DNA of 64,000 nt from an uncultured delta proteobacterium (GTDB lineage Bacteria; Desulfobacterota; Desulfomonilia; UBA1062). The DNA lies in NCBI GenBank assembly GCA_963798485.1, contig CAWCTR010000022.1, positions 49,454-113,453 on the forward strand. Direction: 5' to 3'. How positions within the stretch are numbered: position 1 is the first letter of the stretch; every line of letters starts with the position of its first letter. The position numbers were made by a program, and so were the translations under genes. Shown here piece by piece: positions 27,475 through 38,709 of this stretch. Below the pieces are notes generated by a model. That model ran no database searches, had not been told where the DNA came from, and saw nothing but the letters and a program-made list of their open reading frames with translations.

Positions 27475-28005
27475 ATGAAGGATACACCCATGTCGAGCTT
27501 TGTTGAAATGAAGGTGGCAGGCATTGCGCTTGACCCCACCAACAATGCCCCTATCGTGGTCCTTCGCGACCTCAATGGCAAGTTCATCCTCCCCATCTGG
27601 ATCGGCATTATGGAGGCAAGCGCCATAGCCTCGGCCCTTGAAGGGGTTCAGTATTCAAGACCCATGACCCATGATCTCTTCAGGTCTTTCATCGAAACGT
27701 TAGGCGCCACCATTGAAAAGATAGAGGTAGTGGATATCAGGGACAATGTTTTCTATGCACTTATCACCATCATCCATAACGGAAACCGTCTTACCATTGA
27801 TGCGAGGCCGTCGGATGCCATAGCCATAGCGCTACGCACCAAGTCCGCCATCTTTGTGGCAAGTCATGTGATAAAAGACGCCATCCACCTGGACTCCAAG
27901 ACAAGCGCCGGCAAGGTCATGGTGGGGTTCGAGCAGGACACCGAGAAGCTCAAGGAGATCCTTGAGAAGATGAACCCCGAGGACTTCGGTAAGTTCAAGG
28001 CCTAA
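27475..28005 (+). CDS. bifunctional nuclease family protein (DUF151)
   Basis: Contains PIVVLRD...LPIWIG..EA.AI and RPMTHDL...DARPSDAIAIALR, the typical BFN-domain pattern. Confidence 0.8.
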   Translation: MKDTPMSSFVEMKVAGIALDPTNNAPIVVLRDLNGKFILPIWIGIMEASAIASALEGVQYSRPMTHDLFRSFIETLGATIEKIEVVDIRDNVFYALITIIHNGNRLTIDARPSDAIAIALRTKSAIFVASHVIKDAIHLDSKTSAGKVMVGFEQDTEKLKEILEKMNPEDFGKFKA

Positions 28006-28025
28006 CCCAATAGGCACCTTTTATA

Positions 28026-30380
28026 TTGATAGACTTGGCTGCATCGTGTATTTTCCATGGATATATGCATGCCCATGACACTGCTCATCAAAAGGCGAAG
28101 AAGATCAGCAAGGCCATCTTCGAGACCATTGTCGAGATGGCGTATGAGGGCATCTTTGTCTATCAAGGCCACAGGTTCTTCTATGTAAATCCCGCGTTTG
28201 AACGCATGCTTGGATATTCTGCAGAGGAACTCGAGGAAATGGGTTTCAAGGATGTGCTGCATACAAGCTCTTCTGTCCTTATGGAACAGCGTTATCTTGC
28301 CCTGATCAGGGGTGAGGAAATACGCCCCCGGCGCGTGGACGTGATCTTCCGGACCAAAACCGGACAAGAACGCATCATCTCGCTCTCCACATCAGCCATC
28401 ACCCTGGTGGGGGGCATTCCGGCCACCCTGAATATCGCCCGCGACATCACCAGGCGCAAAGGTATGGAACAAAGCTTGGAGTCCACCAACAAGTTCCTGG
28501 CCGGTCTCATTGCAAGCTCGTCCGATGCCATCGTTGCCTCCGACCTGAAGGGCAGGGCACTTATCTTTAACAAGGCCGCCGAGGAGATCACGGGTTATAG
28601 CGCCGAGGATATGCTCAACCACAAATCCAACATAGCCGATTTCATGGTGGCGGGCGAGCGCGACCGGATCATGGCCATCCTCGATGAGGGCACCGAGGAG
28701 GTCCCCAGGTGGGTCGTGGGGGAAGAGACCTCTGTGTACCACAAGGACGGGACACTCATCCCTATATCGATTTCCGTGTCCTACCTGTATTCCGAACAGA
28801 AACCGGTGGCCGCCATAAGCGTCTTCCGCGACCTCAGGCCCTTAAAGAAGGTTGAAGACAAGCTTCGGGAGTCGGTGCAAAAATACCGGATGCTTGTGGA
28901 GAAGACCCAGGACGGAATTTTCGTCTTACAGGATCATCTCTTCACCTACACCAATCCTGCGTTCAGGGAGTTGCTTGGTTATAATGAAGAGGAACTCCTG
29001 CACATGGGCCTTAAAGATATTGTGAGGCCGGAACTGGCGCGGATGATCGAGGCGCGTTATACAAAACGAATCCGGGGTGAAACGGTACCGGACCAGTACG
29101 AGATTGCCCTTTGCAGCAAAGACGGCAACTGGCGTGCCTTTGAGATCACCCCTTCGGTCATCGAGTATGAAGGCGAAGTTGCAACCCAGAATGTCATCCG
29201 GGACATAACCCAAAAGAGAGAGGCCCAGAAGGCGCTTCGCGCCAGTGAGTCCAAGTACCGCGCCACCGTGGAGCATACCGGCACTGCCATGATGATCCTG
29301 AATGAAGACTACACGATAACCTTTGCGAATAACCAGCTGGAAAAGCTCAGCGGTTACACCAAGGAGGAGATCGAAGGCAAGATGCACTGGACCGATGTGG
29401 TGCATCCTGATGACGTGGAGCGCATGAGGGGATACCACATGGCCAGGAGGCAAGGGGATAAGGATGTCCCATCCCAGTATGAATTCAGGTTCATGGACAA
29501 GGCAGGCAATATCAGGGACTCCTTCCTTACCATAGGCATGATCCCCGGCACCAGGCAGAGCATTGTCTCCATCATGGATATTTCAGGAATCAGGCAGATG
29601 CAGCGCGAGCTTGAGCAGACCAGGAAGATGGCCATCCTCGGTGAGATGTCCGCCCATGTTGCCCACGAGGTAAGAAATCCGCTCCAGAAGATAAAGACCG
29701 GTGTAGAGTTGTTGTCCAACTCATTATCGGTGGATGAGCGGCAGCGCAGGCAGCTCGATGGCGTGAAGCACGGGGTGGACAACCTGGAAAAGTTCGTCAC
29801 CCAGATCCTCGAGTGGACCCGCTCGGGCGAGCTCAGGCCCAGGCCCCACCGCATCAGCAATATCATTGATGGCCTGCTGTTCAACCTGGAGGATGCCTTC
29901 AGGCAAAAAGGGGTGAAGGTCCGGAGCACCTATGACCCGGATGCCGACGTTGTAGTAGTGGACGGCATCCAACTCCGGCAGGTCTTTGGAAACATCATAG
30001 ATAACGCGCTGGATGCCATGCCCCATGGAGGGTCATTGAACATCTCCTCATCACTCGTTCCCAGGCATCCCTTCGCCAGAGGGAAAGAGGCCGTCACCCT
30101 GGATGCCTCTGAGATACGCATAACAGATACCGGCAGCGGCATTGCCAAGGAAGACCTGGGACGTATATTCCAGCCGTTCTTTACAAAGAAGGCCAAAGGA
30201 ACCGGGCTTGGTCTTGCCCTGGTGAGGAAGGTCATTGACATGCACCAGGGCGAGGTTGAGGCCTTGAGCACCTTAGGCAAGGGCTCTGAATTTATTATCA
30301 GGATTCCCTGTGAGAAGGCCGGTTCTCTCCAGGTATCAGGCAAGGAGACAGACGCGGTTGATAGAAAGCGCACAAGCTGA
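28026..30380 (+). CDS. multi-PAS sensor histidine kinase
   Basis: 784 aa with about four PAS repeats, H-box HEVRNPLQKI, and HATPase motifs (DNALDAM, DTGSGI, GTGLGLALV). TTG start as tracked. Confidence 0.85.
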   Translation: MIDLAASCIFHGYMHAHDTAHQKAKKISKAIFETIVEMAYEGIFVYQGHRFFYVNPAFERMLGYSAEELEEMGFKDVLHTSSSVLMEQRYLALIRGEEIRPRRVDVIFRTKTGQERIISLSTSAITLVGGIPATLNIARDITRRKGMEQSLESTNKFLAGLIASSSDAIVASDLKGRALIFNKAAEEITGYSAEDMLNHKSNIADFMVAGERDRIMAILDEGTEEVPRWVVGEETSVYHKDGTLIPISISVSYLYSEQKPVAAISVFRDLRPLKKVEDKLRESVQKYRMLVEKTQDGIFVLQDHLFTYTNPAFRELLGYNEEELLHMGLKDIVRPELARMIEARYTKRIRGETVPDQYEIALCSKDGNWRAFEITPSVIEYEGEVATQNVIRDITQKREAQKALRASESKYRATVEHTGTAMMILNEDYTITFANNQLEKLSGYTKEEIEGKMHWTDVVHPDDVERMRGYHMARRQGDKDVPSQYEFRFMDKAGNIRDSFLTIGMIPGTRQSIVSIMDISGIRQMQRELEQTRKMAILGEMSAHVAHEVRNPLQKIKTGVELLSNSLSVDERQRRQLDGVKHGVDNLEKFVTQILEWTRSGELRPRPHRISNIIDGLLFNLEDAFRQKGVKVRSTYDPDADVVVVDGIQLRQVFGNIIDNALDAMPHGGSLNISSSLVPRHPFARGKEAVTLDASEIRITDTGSGIAKEDLGRIFQPFFTKKAKGTGLGLALVRKVIDMHQGEVEALSTLGKGSEFIIRIPCEKAGSLQVSGKETDAVDRKRTS

Positions 30381-30388
30381 GGAGACGT

Positions 30389-31831
30389 GTGGAAGATAAA
30401 AAAAAGGTCCTGCTCGTCGATGATGAAGAGGTGTTTCTCGAACAACTCAAGGACGCCCTTGAAAATTCGAGCCTTGACCTCCAGATAGATACCGCATCCG
30501 ATGGTGTGGAGGCCCTGGAGAAGATAGAGGCTGCCCGCCATGACATCGTGATCACAGACGTCAAGATGCCCCGAATGGACGGGTACAGCCTCCTGAAAGA
30601 GATCCAGAACCGCTTCCCCTCCACATATGTGGTGGTGATCACCGCCTTCGGGAGCATATCCGGGGCGGTCGAGGCCATAAAGTACGGGGCATATGACTTC
30701 CTGGAAAAACCGTTCAACATGGACTCGCTTGAGATATCGCTGACCAAGATCCTCAGGCAGCACGAGATCCTCAAAGAAAATATCGAACTCAAGGGCCGGA
30801 TTCAACAGCACACAGAGGGGCTGGACCAGCTTGTGGGGTCGCATCCCAAGATGCAGCGACTCTATGAGCAGATACTGACCGCATCCGAGACGGACCTCAC
30901 CGTGCTCATCTTAGGTGAGACCGGCACCGGGAAGGAGCTCATCGCCCGATCCATCCACTCCAGGAGTGACAGGCGCTCCAAGCCCTTTGTCGTCATCAAC
31001 TGTGCCGCCATACCGGAGAACCTTCTGGAATCGGAATTCTTCGGCCACGAGAAGGGGGCCTTCAGCGGCGCCATTTCCCAGAGGATCGGCAAGTTCGAAA
31101 AGGCCCATACCGGCACGCTCTTCTTGGATGAGATAGGCGACATCCCGCTGGACCTCCAGGCCAAGATCCTTCGCGTGATAGAAGATCACAAGATCACGCG
31201 CATCGGCAGCAACCGCGAGATGGATCTGGACTTCCGGGTGATCTGCGCCACGAACCGGCCCATCCAGGACATGATCAAGAAGGAGCTTTTCAGGGAAGAT
31301 CTTTACTACCGCATCAGCGTCTTCCCCATCATCGTGCCCCCCTTAAGGGACCGCAGGGAAGATATCTCGCTGCTCTCCGGCCATTTCATCGCCAAGAACG
31401 CCAAGAGGCTCAACTCCTCGGTAAAGGGGATCTCACCGAAGGCCATGGAGCAGCTCACCGCATACCCGTGGCAGGGCAATGTCAGGGAGCTGGAGAACAG
31501 TATCCAGCACGCCATGGTCTCCACCCGCGCCGAGCTCATCACCTCCTTCCCCGAACTGCGGAATGCCGCCATGGGCACACAGGCCGCACCGCCCATCTCG
31601 TTCACAGAGGAGCCCACCATATGGGTGGAAGCCGGCGAAGGGAACGACTATCATACCATCAAGCAGACCCTGCTTGAGCAGTTCGAGCGGAAGTATCTTG
31701 CCCATCTGCTGGAGAAGCACGGCGGCGTCATTGCCGAGGCGGCCCGCGAATCGGGCCTGAATTACAAGACATTCTACCTGAAGGTGGAAAAGTATCAGCT
31801 CACCAAGAAGCGGGAAAGAATACCGCGATAA
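30389..31831 (+). CDS. sigma-54-dependent response regulator (NtrC family)
   Basis: REC domain (LLVDDEE...DVKMP), AAA+ domain (GETGTGKEL, GAFSGA, ESEFFGHEKGAF) and a C-terminal Fis-type HTH. Confidence 0.9.
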   Translation: MEDKKKVLLVDDEEVFLEQLKDALENSSLDLQIDTASDGVEALEKIEAARHDIVITDVKMPRMDGYSLLKEIQNRFPSTYVVVITAFGSISGAVEAIKYGAYDFLEKPFNMDSLEISLTKILRQHEILKENIELKGRIQQHTEGLDQLVGSHPKMQRLYEQILTASETDLTVLILGETGTGKELIARSIHSRSDRRSKPFVVINCAAIPENLLESEFFGHEKGAFSGAISQRIGKFEKAHTGTLFLDEIGDIPLDLQAKILRVIEDHKITRIGSNREMDLDFRVICATNRPIQDMIKKELFREDLYYRISVFPIIVPPLRDRREDISLLSGHFIAKNAKRLNSSVKGISPKAMEQLTAYPWQGNVRELENSIQHAMVSTRAELITSFPELRNAAMGTQAAPPISFTEEPTIWVEAGEGNDYHTIKQTLLEQFERKYLAHLLEKHGGVIAEAARESGLNYKTFYLKVEKYQLTKKRERIPR

Positions 31832-31900
31832 TGCCTGTGTCTTGCTGGTCGAGCCTCTTCAATAATAATATATATTCTGGAGACGGGACCCATAAAGCCC

Positions 31901-31929
31901 TTGACAGATAGAGCCCTCCCATATATTAA
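31901..31929 (+). promoter_or_regulatory. candidate sigma-70 promoter of rpsT
   Basis: TTGACA (31901-31906), a 17-nt spacer, then TATTAA (31924-31929). GGAGG lies upstream of the ATG at 31972. Confidence 0.45.
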
Positions 31930-31971
31930 GATTCACCTCGTAGCCGTGATACTAAGGAGGAGACAGAGTTA

Positions 31972-32238
31972 ATGGCAAACCATGCTTCAGCCCTGAAGAG
32001 ACAGCGCCAGAGCGAGAAACGGCGCTCGAGGAATAGAGGTCACAAGTCCGCTATCAATACGACCGTCAAGAAGGTTCTCACTTCTATAAGCGCCAAGGAA
32101 ACGGATAAGGCGCGCGAATTATTCCGTGAGGCCGTGGCCCGTCTGGACAGCGCCGTCACCAAGGGTGCGCTGCACAGGAGGACCGCTTCCCGGAAGATCT
32201 CCCGGCTCACCAAGATGGTGAACGCCCAGGTTTCTTAA
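31972..32238 (+). CDS. rpsT: 30S ribosomal protein S20
   Basis: 88 aa starting MANHASALKRQRQSEKRR. Confidence 0.9.
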   Translation: MANHASALKRQRQSEKRRSRNRGHKSAINTTVKKVLTSISAKETDKARELFREAVARLDSAVTKGALHRRTASRKISRLTKMVNAQVS

Positions 32239-32241
32239 GGC

Positions 32242-33237
32242 TCAAGACCGGCCGGATATCCTCCCCTCATTCCTGGGGGAAAGCACAAGCCGCCCGATCA
32301 TCTCGGTCAGGGCGGCATATACGTGTATCAGCGAGCCCGATTTTAACCTTTGTTCTATCCCGCGGACATCCATAAGCAGGGTGGTAAGCTGCGCAATGCT
32401 CCATGAAGACTTCCGTCTCATGGCCTTGTCCGCAACGAACTCGTGTATCTTCATCTTCTTCCAGTCCCTGCCGGAAAGCACTACATAGTGGTTGATAACC
32501 TGGTTTTCTATCCTGCTGATGATCTCCAGCTCGGCAACCCCTGAGAGCTCCAGTTCATAGAGGCGTGACAGGGCATCCTTTCTCCGGTCGAACAGCGCAT
32601 CGAGGAATGCAAATATGGCGGGTTCATGCGTGCGCATGACCGCCTCATGGACATCCCTGCCGGTTATGGAGGGGCTCTGGTTGGCGTAAAGGCACAGTTT
32701 CTGTATCTCGCTTTCCAGATACCACATGCTGCTTCCCCCGGTCATATCGGCAAGCAGCACGGCGGCATCCTTGTCGATCTTCTTCCCATAGAGAGGCGCC
32801 CTTTCCATGATCCAGTTGGTCCGCGCGCCCCTGTTCTTGAGGGACTCGAAACGGACTATTCTGGCCTTGCCGTCGAATCTCTTGATAAGCTTGTTCAGTT
32901 CATTATCCGTCTTCTCAATTTCTATGATGAGGATTAAGGTTGTGATCTCGCATGGGTTCTCGAGGTAGAGTAACACCTGGTCCAGCTGTTTAATGGTAAG
33001 CTTCTGGCCGTTTTTGATGATGACCACCCTTTGGTCAGAGAGGAAGGGCATGGTGTTGCACAGGCCTATGATCTCATTCATGGCCGGGTCTTCTTCGGCG
33101 TTGAAGGCCGCCCAATTCATGGATATGTTCTCGCCGAGCTGTTGTTTTAATCGTGCAAGCTCTTCCTCAACAAGGAACATCTCCTGGGCTATGAAAACGG
33201 CATTGGATAACCTACTCGATAGTTTCTGAGCGCTCAT
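32242..33237 (-). CDS. holA: DNA polymerase III delta subunit
   Basis: leuS-lptE-holA synteny. ATG 33237 forms an ATGA overlap with the lptE stop; the tracked ORF extends to 33288. About 331 aa. Confidence 0.75.
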   Translation of the reverse strand: MSAQKLSSRLSNAVFIAQEMFLVEEELARLKQQLGENISMNWAAFNAEEDPAMNEIIGLCNTMPFLSDQRVVIIKNGQKLTIKQLDQVLLYLENPCEITTLILIIEIEKTDNELNKLIKRFDGKARIVRFESLKNRGARTNWIMERAPLYGKKIDKDAAVLLADMTGGSSMWYLESEIQKLCLYANQSPSITGRDVHEAVMRTHEPAIFAFLDALFDRRKDALSRLYELELSGVAELEIISRIENQVINHYVVLSGRDWKKMKIHEFVADKAMRRKSSWSIAQLTTLLMDVRGIEQRLKSGSLIHVYAALTEMIGRLVLSPRNEGRISGRS

Positions 33238-33710
33238 AGCTGCAGTACGGCAACGGCCCGGGCGATCTGCAGGGAGACCTGCCTGCATGCCTCATCGAGG
33301 GCGTCTTCGTCCTGGCCTCCTTCTGAGAAGGTCCCGGTATCGGAAAAGGTTGACTGCCAGAGGGTCTTGCCCGAGGCATCACTGAGTTTTGCAAGCACAT
33401 TGATGGTAAGCCGGTAGCGGTTCCCGCTCTTGAGCGTGATCGAGGTGATCGTCTCACGGGATGAAGATACCATGGAGCACATGAGCCGGTATTTTGCGTC
33501 CTTGTTTGATATCATCCCCATGGAGGCGAAGGACTGCTCCAGGAAGGAATCCAGCACGATGCCGGCCTCACGGAGGTGGGTCTTGTTCGTGCTCGGGTCG
33601 AGCGTGATCTTTCTGCCGCCCGCTACCCCTTCCGGCAGGAACCCGTACCTGCAGGAGATCAGGCTACTTGCCAGCAGCAACAATAATATTAATGATCTTA
33701 TTCGGAACAT
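33234..33710 (-). CDS. lptE: LPS-assembly lipoprotein LptE-like
   Basis: 158 aa with lipobox LISC after a Leu-rich signal peptide. Conserved position between leuS and holA. Confidence 0.6.
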   Translation of the reverse strand: MFRIRSLILLLLLASSLISCRYGFLPEGVAGGRKITLDPSTNKTHLREAGIVLDSFLEQSFASMGMISNKDAKYRLMCSMVSSSRETITSITLKSGNRYRLTINVLAKLSDASGKTLWQSTFSDTGTFSEGGQDEDALDEACRQVSLQIARAVAVLQL

Positions 33711-36147
33711 AGATGACCTTGCGGATGGATACCCCTTCCATGAAGCGCTTCACGTTCGTGTCGGAATATGCAGCGGTTTCCGCCTCAGCCTGAGGCGTAT
33801 CCTTGGGCATTTCGATGGTGGCGCGGAGCCTGCCGTTCACCTGTACCGCGATGGTTACCTTCGAGTCCTGGGCCCACCCTGCGTCGAATTCGGGCCAGGG
33901 GTGCTCGAAGAGCCGGCCGGACAAGCCAATCGTTTCCCACAGCTCATCGGCGATATGAGGGACAAAGGGCGAGAGCATGATGAGCAGCTGCTCGATGGAA
34001 TACTTCAGCACAGCCGCCTCTTCTTTGTCTGTAGCCGCATCTTTTGCCTTATAGAGCTCGTTGATCAGCTCCATCATGGCGGCTATGGCCGTGTTGAACC
34101 GGAAGCGCTTGTCTATGTCCTCAGTGACCTTGCGGATGGTCTGGTGTGTCTTCCTCATGATGGGCTCTACGGATTCCGGGACCCGGATGACCTCTGATGT
34201 CCCCTCCATTGCCTTGATGTCCATGGCGAGCCGCCAGAGCCGGGTCAGAAAACGGTAGGTCCCCTCAATACCCTGGTCGCTCCAGTCCATGTCCTTCTCG
34301 GGCGGGGCGGCAAAGAGGGTGAAGAGCCTGGTGGCATCCGCGCCGTAGCGTGCTATCATGTCTTCGGGGTCAACCACGTTACCCTTGGACTTACTCATCT
34401 TGGCGCCGTCCTTGATGACCATGCCCTGGGTCAGCAGTCTCTCAAACGGTTCGCCAAAGTCCACATGACCCAGGTCGCGGAGCACCTTGGTAAAGAACCG
34501 TGAGTACATGAGGTGCAATATGGCATGCTCGATACCGCCGATGTACTGGTCCACGGGCATCCAGTACGCCACCTCCTTGGCATCAAAGGCCTTGTCCTTG
34601 TGGTTGGGGCTGGCATAGCGGATAAAGTACCAGGACGACTCCACAAAGGTGTCCATGGTGTCGGTCTCGCGCCTGGCCTTGCCGCCGCAAGAAGGGCACT
34701 TCGTGTTCACGAATGCCTCAACCTGGGCTATGGGCGACTCCCCGGCGCCGGTGAGCTTCACGTCCTCGGGCAGGATAATGGGCAGGTCTTCCCTTTTCAC
34801 CGGGACCGTTCCGCACCTTTCACAGTGCACCACCGGGATGGGCGCGCCCCAGTAGCGCTGTCTTGATATGCCCCAGTCACGAAGCCTGAAGTTGACCGTG
34901 GGCTCGCCCCTGCCGATGGTCCGGAGGTGTTCGGTGATGCCTTTCATGGCCTCCGTGTTCTTCATGCCGTTGAACTGCTGTGAATTCACCAGCACACCTT
35001 CGCCCTCGTAGGCCGCTTCCATGGTCCCCGCCTTGAGCTCCTCGCCCTCAGGCTGGATGACCACTGTGATGGTAAGGCCGTATTTTTTGGCGAACTCGAA
35101 GTCGCGCTGATCGTGAGAGGGCACGGCCATGACTGCGCCGGTGCCGTAGTCATACAGCACGAAGTTGGCCACATAGATGGGCATCAAAAAGCCGGTGAGC
35201 GGATTGATGCAGTATTTACCCGTGAATACGCCCTCTTTTTCATAGGAATCCGAGGTGCGGGTGATCTTATCTTCTTTGAGGGTCTTGTCTATAAAGGCCT
35301 GTACCGCCACTTCCTGATCGGTCCCTTTGGGCAGGGTCTTTGCCAGGGGGTGCTCCGGCGCGATACTCATGAAGGTGGCGCCGTAGAGCGTATCGGGCCT
35401 GGTGGTGAAGACCTCGATGTCATCGTTGGCGCTCTCGATAGCGAACCTGAGGAGCGAGCCGGTGCTCCTGCCGATCCAGTTCCTCTGCATGGTCAGCACG
35501 CGCTCGGGCCAGCCTTCTTTGAGGCGTTCGATATCATCTAAAAGCTCCTGGGCGTACTTGGTGATCTTGAAGAACCACTGGTCGTATTCCCGGAGGTACA
35601 CCTGTGTGCCGCAGCGCCAGCACGCCCCTGCTTCCACCTGTTCGTTGGCCAGCACGGTCTTGCAGCTGTCGCACCAGTTCAGAAAGGTGCGGTCTTTATA
35701 GACGAGGCCCTTCTCGAACATCTCTATGAAGAAGAGCTGCTCCCACTGGTAATAGTCCGCATCACAGGTGGCGATCTCCCGGTCCCAGTCATAGCTGAAT
35801 CCCATGCGCTTGAGCTGGACCTTCATGTATGCCATGTTCTCATACGTCCATTTCTTGGGGTGCACCCCGCTTGCAATGGCGGCGTTCTCGGCGGGCATGC
35901 CGAAGGCGTCCCATCCCATGGGATGCAGCACGTTAAAGCCCTTCATCTTCTTGTACCTGGCCACCACGTCGCCTATAGTGTAGTTGCGAACGTGGCCCAT
36001 GTGGATACGGCCCGAGGGGTAGGGGAACATCTCGAGGAGATAGTATTTCTGCTTGGAGTCATCGGCCTCCACCTTGAAGAGCCCGCTTTCTTCCCAGCGC
36101 TTCTGCCACTTGGCCTCGATCTCCTGAGGTCTGTAGTCCGTCGTCAT
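33664..36147 (-). CDS. leuS: leucine--tRNA ligase
   Basis: Starts [18 protein letters not shown], with GGAGGAA upstream. Contains the HMGH and KMSKS motifs. The tracked ORF extends 130 codons further upstream, and that extension is not LeuS-like. Confidence 0.95.
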   Translation of the reverse strand: MTTDYRPQEIEAKWQKRWEESGLFKVEADDSKQKYYLLEMFPYPSGRIHMGHVRNYTIGDVVARYKKMKGFNVLHPMGWDAFGMPAENAAIASGVHPKKWTYENMAYMKVQLKRMGFSYDWDREIATCDADYYQWEQLFFIEMFEKGLVYKDRTFLNWCDSCKTVLANEQVEAGACWRCGTQVYLREYDQWFFKITKYAQELLDDIERLKEGWPERVLTMQRNWIGRSTGSLLRFAIESANDDIEVFTTRPDTLYGATFMSIAPEHPLAKTLPKGTDQEVAVQAFIDKTLKEDKITRTSDSYEKEGVFTGKYCINPLTGFLMPIYVANFVLYDYGTGAVMAVPSHDQRDFEFAKKYGLTITVVIQPEGEELKAGTMEAAYEGEGVLVNSQQFNGMKNTEAMKGITEHLRTIGRGEPTVNFRLRDWGISRQRYWGAPIPVVHCERCGTVPVKREDLPIILPEDVKLTGAGESPIAQVEAFVNTKCPSCGGKARRETDTMDTFVESSWYFIRYASPNHKDKAFDAKEVAYWMPVDQYIGGIEHAILHLMYSRFFTKVLRDLGHVDFGEPFERLLTQGMVIKDGAKMSKSKGNVVDPEDMIARYGADATRLFTLFAAPPEKDMDWSDQGIEGTYRFLTRLWRLAMDIKAMEGTSEVIRVPESVEPIMRKTHQTIRKVTEDIDKRFRFNTAIAAMMELINELYKAKDAATDKEEAAVLKYSIEQLLIMLSPFVPHIADELWETIGLSGRLFEHPWPEFDAGWAQDSKVTIAVQVNGRLRATIEMPKDTPQAEAETAAYSDTNVKRFMEGVSIRKVIYVPNKIINIIVAAGK

Positions 36148-36267
36148 ACGTTCCTCCGCATCAATAATGACTGCACAATTAACACAACACCTTTCCTTCG
36201 TCCAGTACCGGTTCCCGCAGTCTTTGCGCTTGCATTTCATGACCATATTGATATGTAAGGGGACACT

Positions 36268-38709
36268 ATGAGATGGCTCAAATTCTTTCTTCTTATCATG
36301 GTCATCGTCACTGCCCTGTGCGGTGCGGCGATCTATGTATTCGTACTCAGGGGGCTTCCTTCCCTTGAAGAACTCAAAAGCTCCGAGGTGACCAAGCTCA
36401 GCAAGGTCACTGCCGCCGACGGCACACCCATCGGCTACTTCCCGCCCGAAGGAAGGGTCGTTATGAACGGGCACAACATCCCCATCACCCTCAAACAGGC
36501 CATCATCGCCGCAGAAGATTCCACCTTTTATGACCATGTGGGACTTGAGCCGCGCAGGATCATAAGCGCGTTACTCGCTGATATCAGGGCAAACTCCTAT
36601 GTCCAGGGTGCATCTACCATAACCCAGCAGGTTGTCAGGTCGTATCTGCTCACCAATGAAAAGACCCTTGCCAGGAAGTTCAGGGAGATCGTTCTGGCGC
36701 TACGCATCGAACAGGCCCTGACCAAAGAGCAGATCTTAAACCTGTACCTTGACCGCATCTACCTTGGCAGCGGCGCCTATGGCGTCCAGGCGGCCTCGTT
36801 GCGTTATTTCGGCAAGGAGTGCAGAGAGCTCGAACTCTCGGAGATGGCGCTGCTTGCGGGGCTTGCCCCTGCGCCGACGAGATATTCTCCGCTGAATGAC
36901 TTCACTGCGGCGAAAAGAAGGCAGTGGTATGTCCTTTCCCGTATGGTGTCCGAGGGTTACATTACCGGGGCCGAGGCCCGTGAGGCATACAAGGATCCTT
37001 TAAGGATCATAGCCAAGGATGTGGCCCAATTTTCCGAATACCCCTATATCACCGACTATGTGAAGACGCTGGTGACCAAGCAGTTCGGCGAAGACATCTT
37101 CAACAAAGGGATCATTATCCGCACTTCAATAGTCCCTGAGCTCCAGCGCTCGGCAATACTCGCCGTCCGCAAGGGGGTTATCGAGCTCGAGATGAGGCAG
37201 GGCGCATATCGCGGCCCTATAAAGGATATACCCCAGGGCGATGGGACGCTTAAGCCACTTAATCCTGCCGAAAAGGATCGCATCTTTGCATTGCAGTCAA
37301 ACCAGCTTGCATGGAAGGGCTACGAACCCTATGAACTCTATTGGGCGGAGGTGACAAGGCTGGATCCATTGACGGTAAAACTCGGCGTCAGAAGCCTCGA
37401 ACTCGGCCCGGGCAGTTACGCCTGGATCAACCCCAAGGGGAGTTGGCGGCCCGGCAGCGTGCTGAAGCCCGGCGATCTCATACAGCTCTGTTCTACGCCC
37501 GGCGGTTTTGTGATCTCGCAGCAGCCGCAGGTCCAAGGGGTGCTTGTGGCCTTTGATCTGGAGAAGGCAGGCATTCTTGCCATGGTGGGAGGGGTTGACT
37601 ATGCCCAGAGCCAGTTCAACAGGGCCGTATACGCAAGGAGACAGAGCGGATCGGCAATAAAACCCTTCATCTATGCGGCGGCTATTGACAAGGGCCTGAC
37701 GCCTGCCTCCATCATCTTCGACTCACCGGTAACCTATAAGGCCGGTGCGGATGAGGAAATGTGGCAACCCAAAAACTACGAAAACCGCTTCTATGGTGCA
37801 ACCACATTGAGGACCGGCCTGGTCCTTTCCAGGAACGTGGTTACCATTAAGATCTTAAACGAGATCGGCCTTGATTATGCCATCTCGTATCTCAAACGGT
37901 TCGATATGCAGTCAGAACTGCCTCGAAACCTTTCCCTGGCCCTGGGTTCAGGTTCGATAATACCTATTAACCTTTTTAAGGGGTATGCAGAACTGGCCAC
38001 CTATGGCCAGAAATTCGATCCCCATATGATCGAGAGCATTGTCCAAAGCGGGAAGGGGACCATCTTCCGCGCCCCAGCAGGCCCTGCAATTTTTGCATCT
38101 CCTGTGGCCCCTGCTGTGACTGCCGGCACAGGTGGCATTACGACGGATGCAGCTGCTCAGGCAGAGGCAAACATCCCGACAGATGCACTCACTCCGGCAG
38201 CTGCCCCCCAGGCTGGTGCCGACGTAATTACGCCAGTGCAAGATCACAGGGTCATCTCATCTCAGACGGCCTTCATCATCACGAACATCCTCAAGGACGT
38301 GGTGCAGGTGGGAACAGGCTGGCGTGCAAAGGCCCTTATGCGGCCAATTGCGGGGAAGACAGGCACCAGCGATGACTGCAAGGATACCTGGTTTGTCGGA
38401 TACTCCCCTGATGTCTTATGCGGTGTGTGGGTCGGCCATGACAGCATGACTTCGCTCGGCGCAAATGAGACAGGGGGCAAGACTGCATGCCCCATCTTTG
38501 TCGACTTCATGACGACAGCGTTACGCGACAGGCCTGTGCGCGACTTCAGGGTTCCTGCAGGTGTGGTATTCGCCAGGGTCAACTCCAAGACAGGCAAGGG
38601 GGCGAGTGAGGATTCACTGGAATCACGGTTTGAGGTCTTTAAGCAAGGCAGCGTACCTGCAGCCGAGAGGGCCGTTAATGATGATCAATTGTTAAAGGAG
38701 GTCTACTGA
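36268..38709 (+). CDS. mrcA: class A penicillin-binding protein (PBP1A type)
   Basis: 813 aa with a TM anchor, glycosyltransferase motifs ([22 protein letters not shown]) and transpeptidase motifs (SGSAIKP, SRN, KTGT). Confidence 0.9.
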   Translation: MRWLKFFLLIMVIVTALCGAAIYVFVLRGLPSLEELKSSEVTKLSKVTAADGTPIGYFPPEGRVVMNGHNIPITLKQAIIAAEDSTFYDHVGLEPRRIISALLADIRANSYVQGASTITQQVVRSYLLTNEKTLARKFREIVLALRIEQALTKEQILNLYLDRIYLGSGAYGVQAASLRYFGKECRELELSEMALLAGLAPAPTRYSPLNDFTAAKRRQWYVLSRMVSEGYITGAEAREAYKDPLRIIAKDVAQFSEYPYITDYVKTLVTKQFGEDIFNKGIIIRTSIVPELQRSAILAVRKGVIELEMRQGAYRGPIKDIPQGDGTLKPLNPAEKDRIFALQSNQLAWKGYEPYELYWAEVTRLDPLTVKLGVRSLELGPGSYAWINPKGSWRPGSVLKPGDLIQLCSTPGGFVISQQPQVQGVLVAFDLEKAGILAMVGGVDYAQSQFNRAVYARRQSGSAIKPFIYAAAIDKGLTPASIIFDSPVTYKAGADEEMWQPKNYENRFYGATTLRTGLVLSRNVVTIKILNEIGLDYAISYLKRFDMQSELPRNLSLALGSGSIIPINLFKGYAELATYGQKFDPHMIESIVQSGKGTIFRAPAGPAIFASPVAPAVTAGTGGITTDAAAQAEANIPTDALTPAAAPQAGADVITPVQDHRVISSQTAFIITNILKDVVQVGTGWRAKALMRPIAGKTGTSDDCKDTWFVGYSPDVLCGVWVGHDSMTSLGANETGGKTACPIFVDFMTTALRDRPVRDFRVPAGVVFARVNSKTGKGASEDSLESRFEVFKQGSVPAAERAVNDDQLLKEVY

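Noticed and set aside
29930-30844. 304-aa ORF antisense to the junction of the histidine kinase and NtrC-type regulator genes
   Set aside because: It spans two well-supported sense genes, has no motif and has no plausible SD. It is a shadow ORF.
36148-36537. 130-codon N-terminal extension of the leuS ORF (tracked as 33664-36537)
   Set aside because: The extension is not LeuS-like and is antisense to the 5' end of the divergent mrcA gene. The ATG at 36147 gives the canonical [18 protein letters not shown] start, with GGAGGAA upstream.
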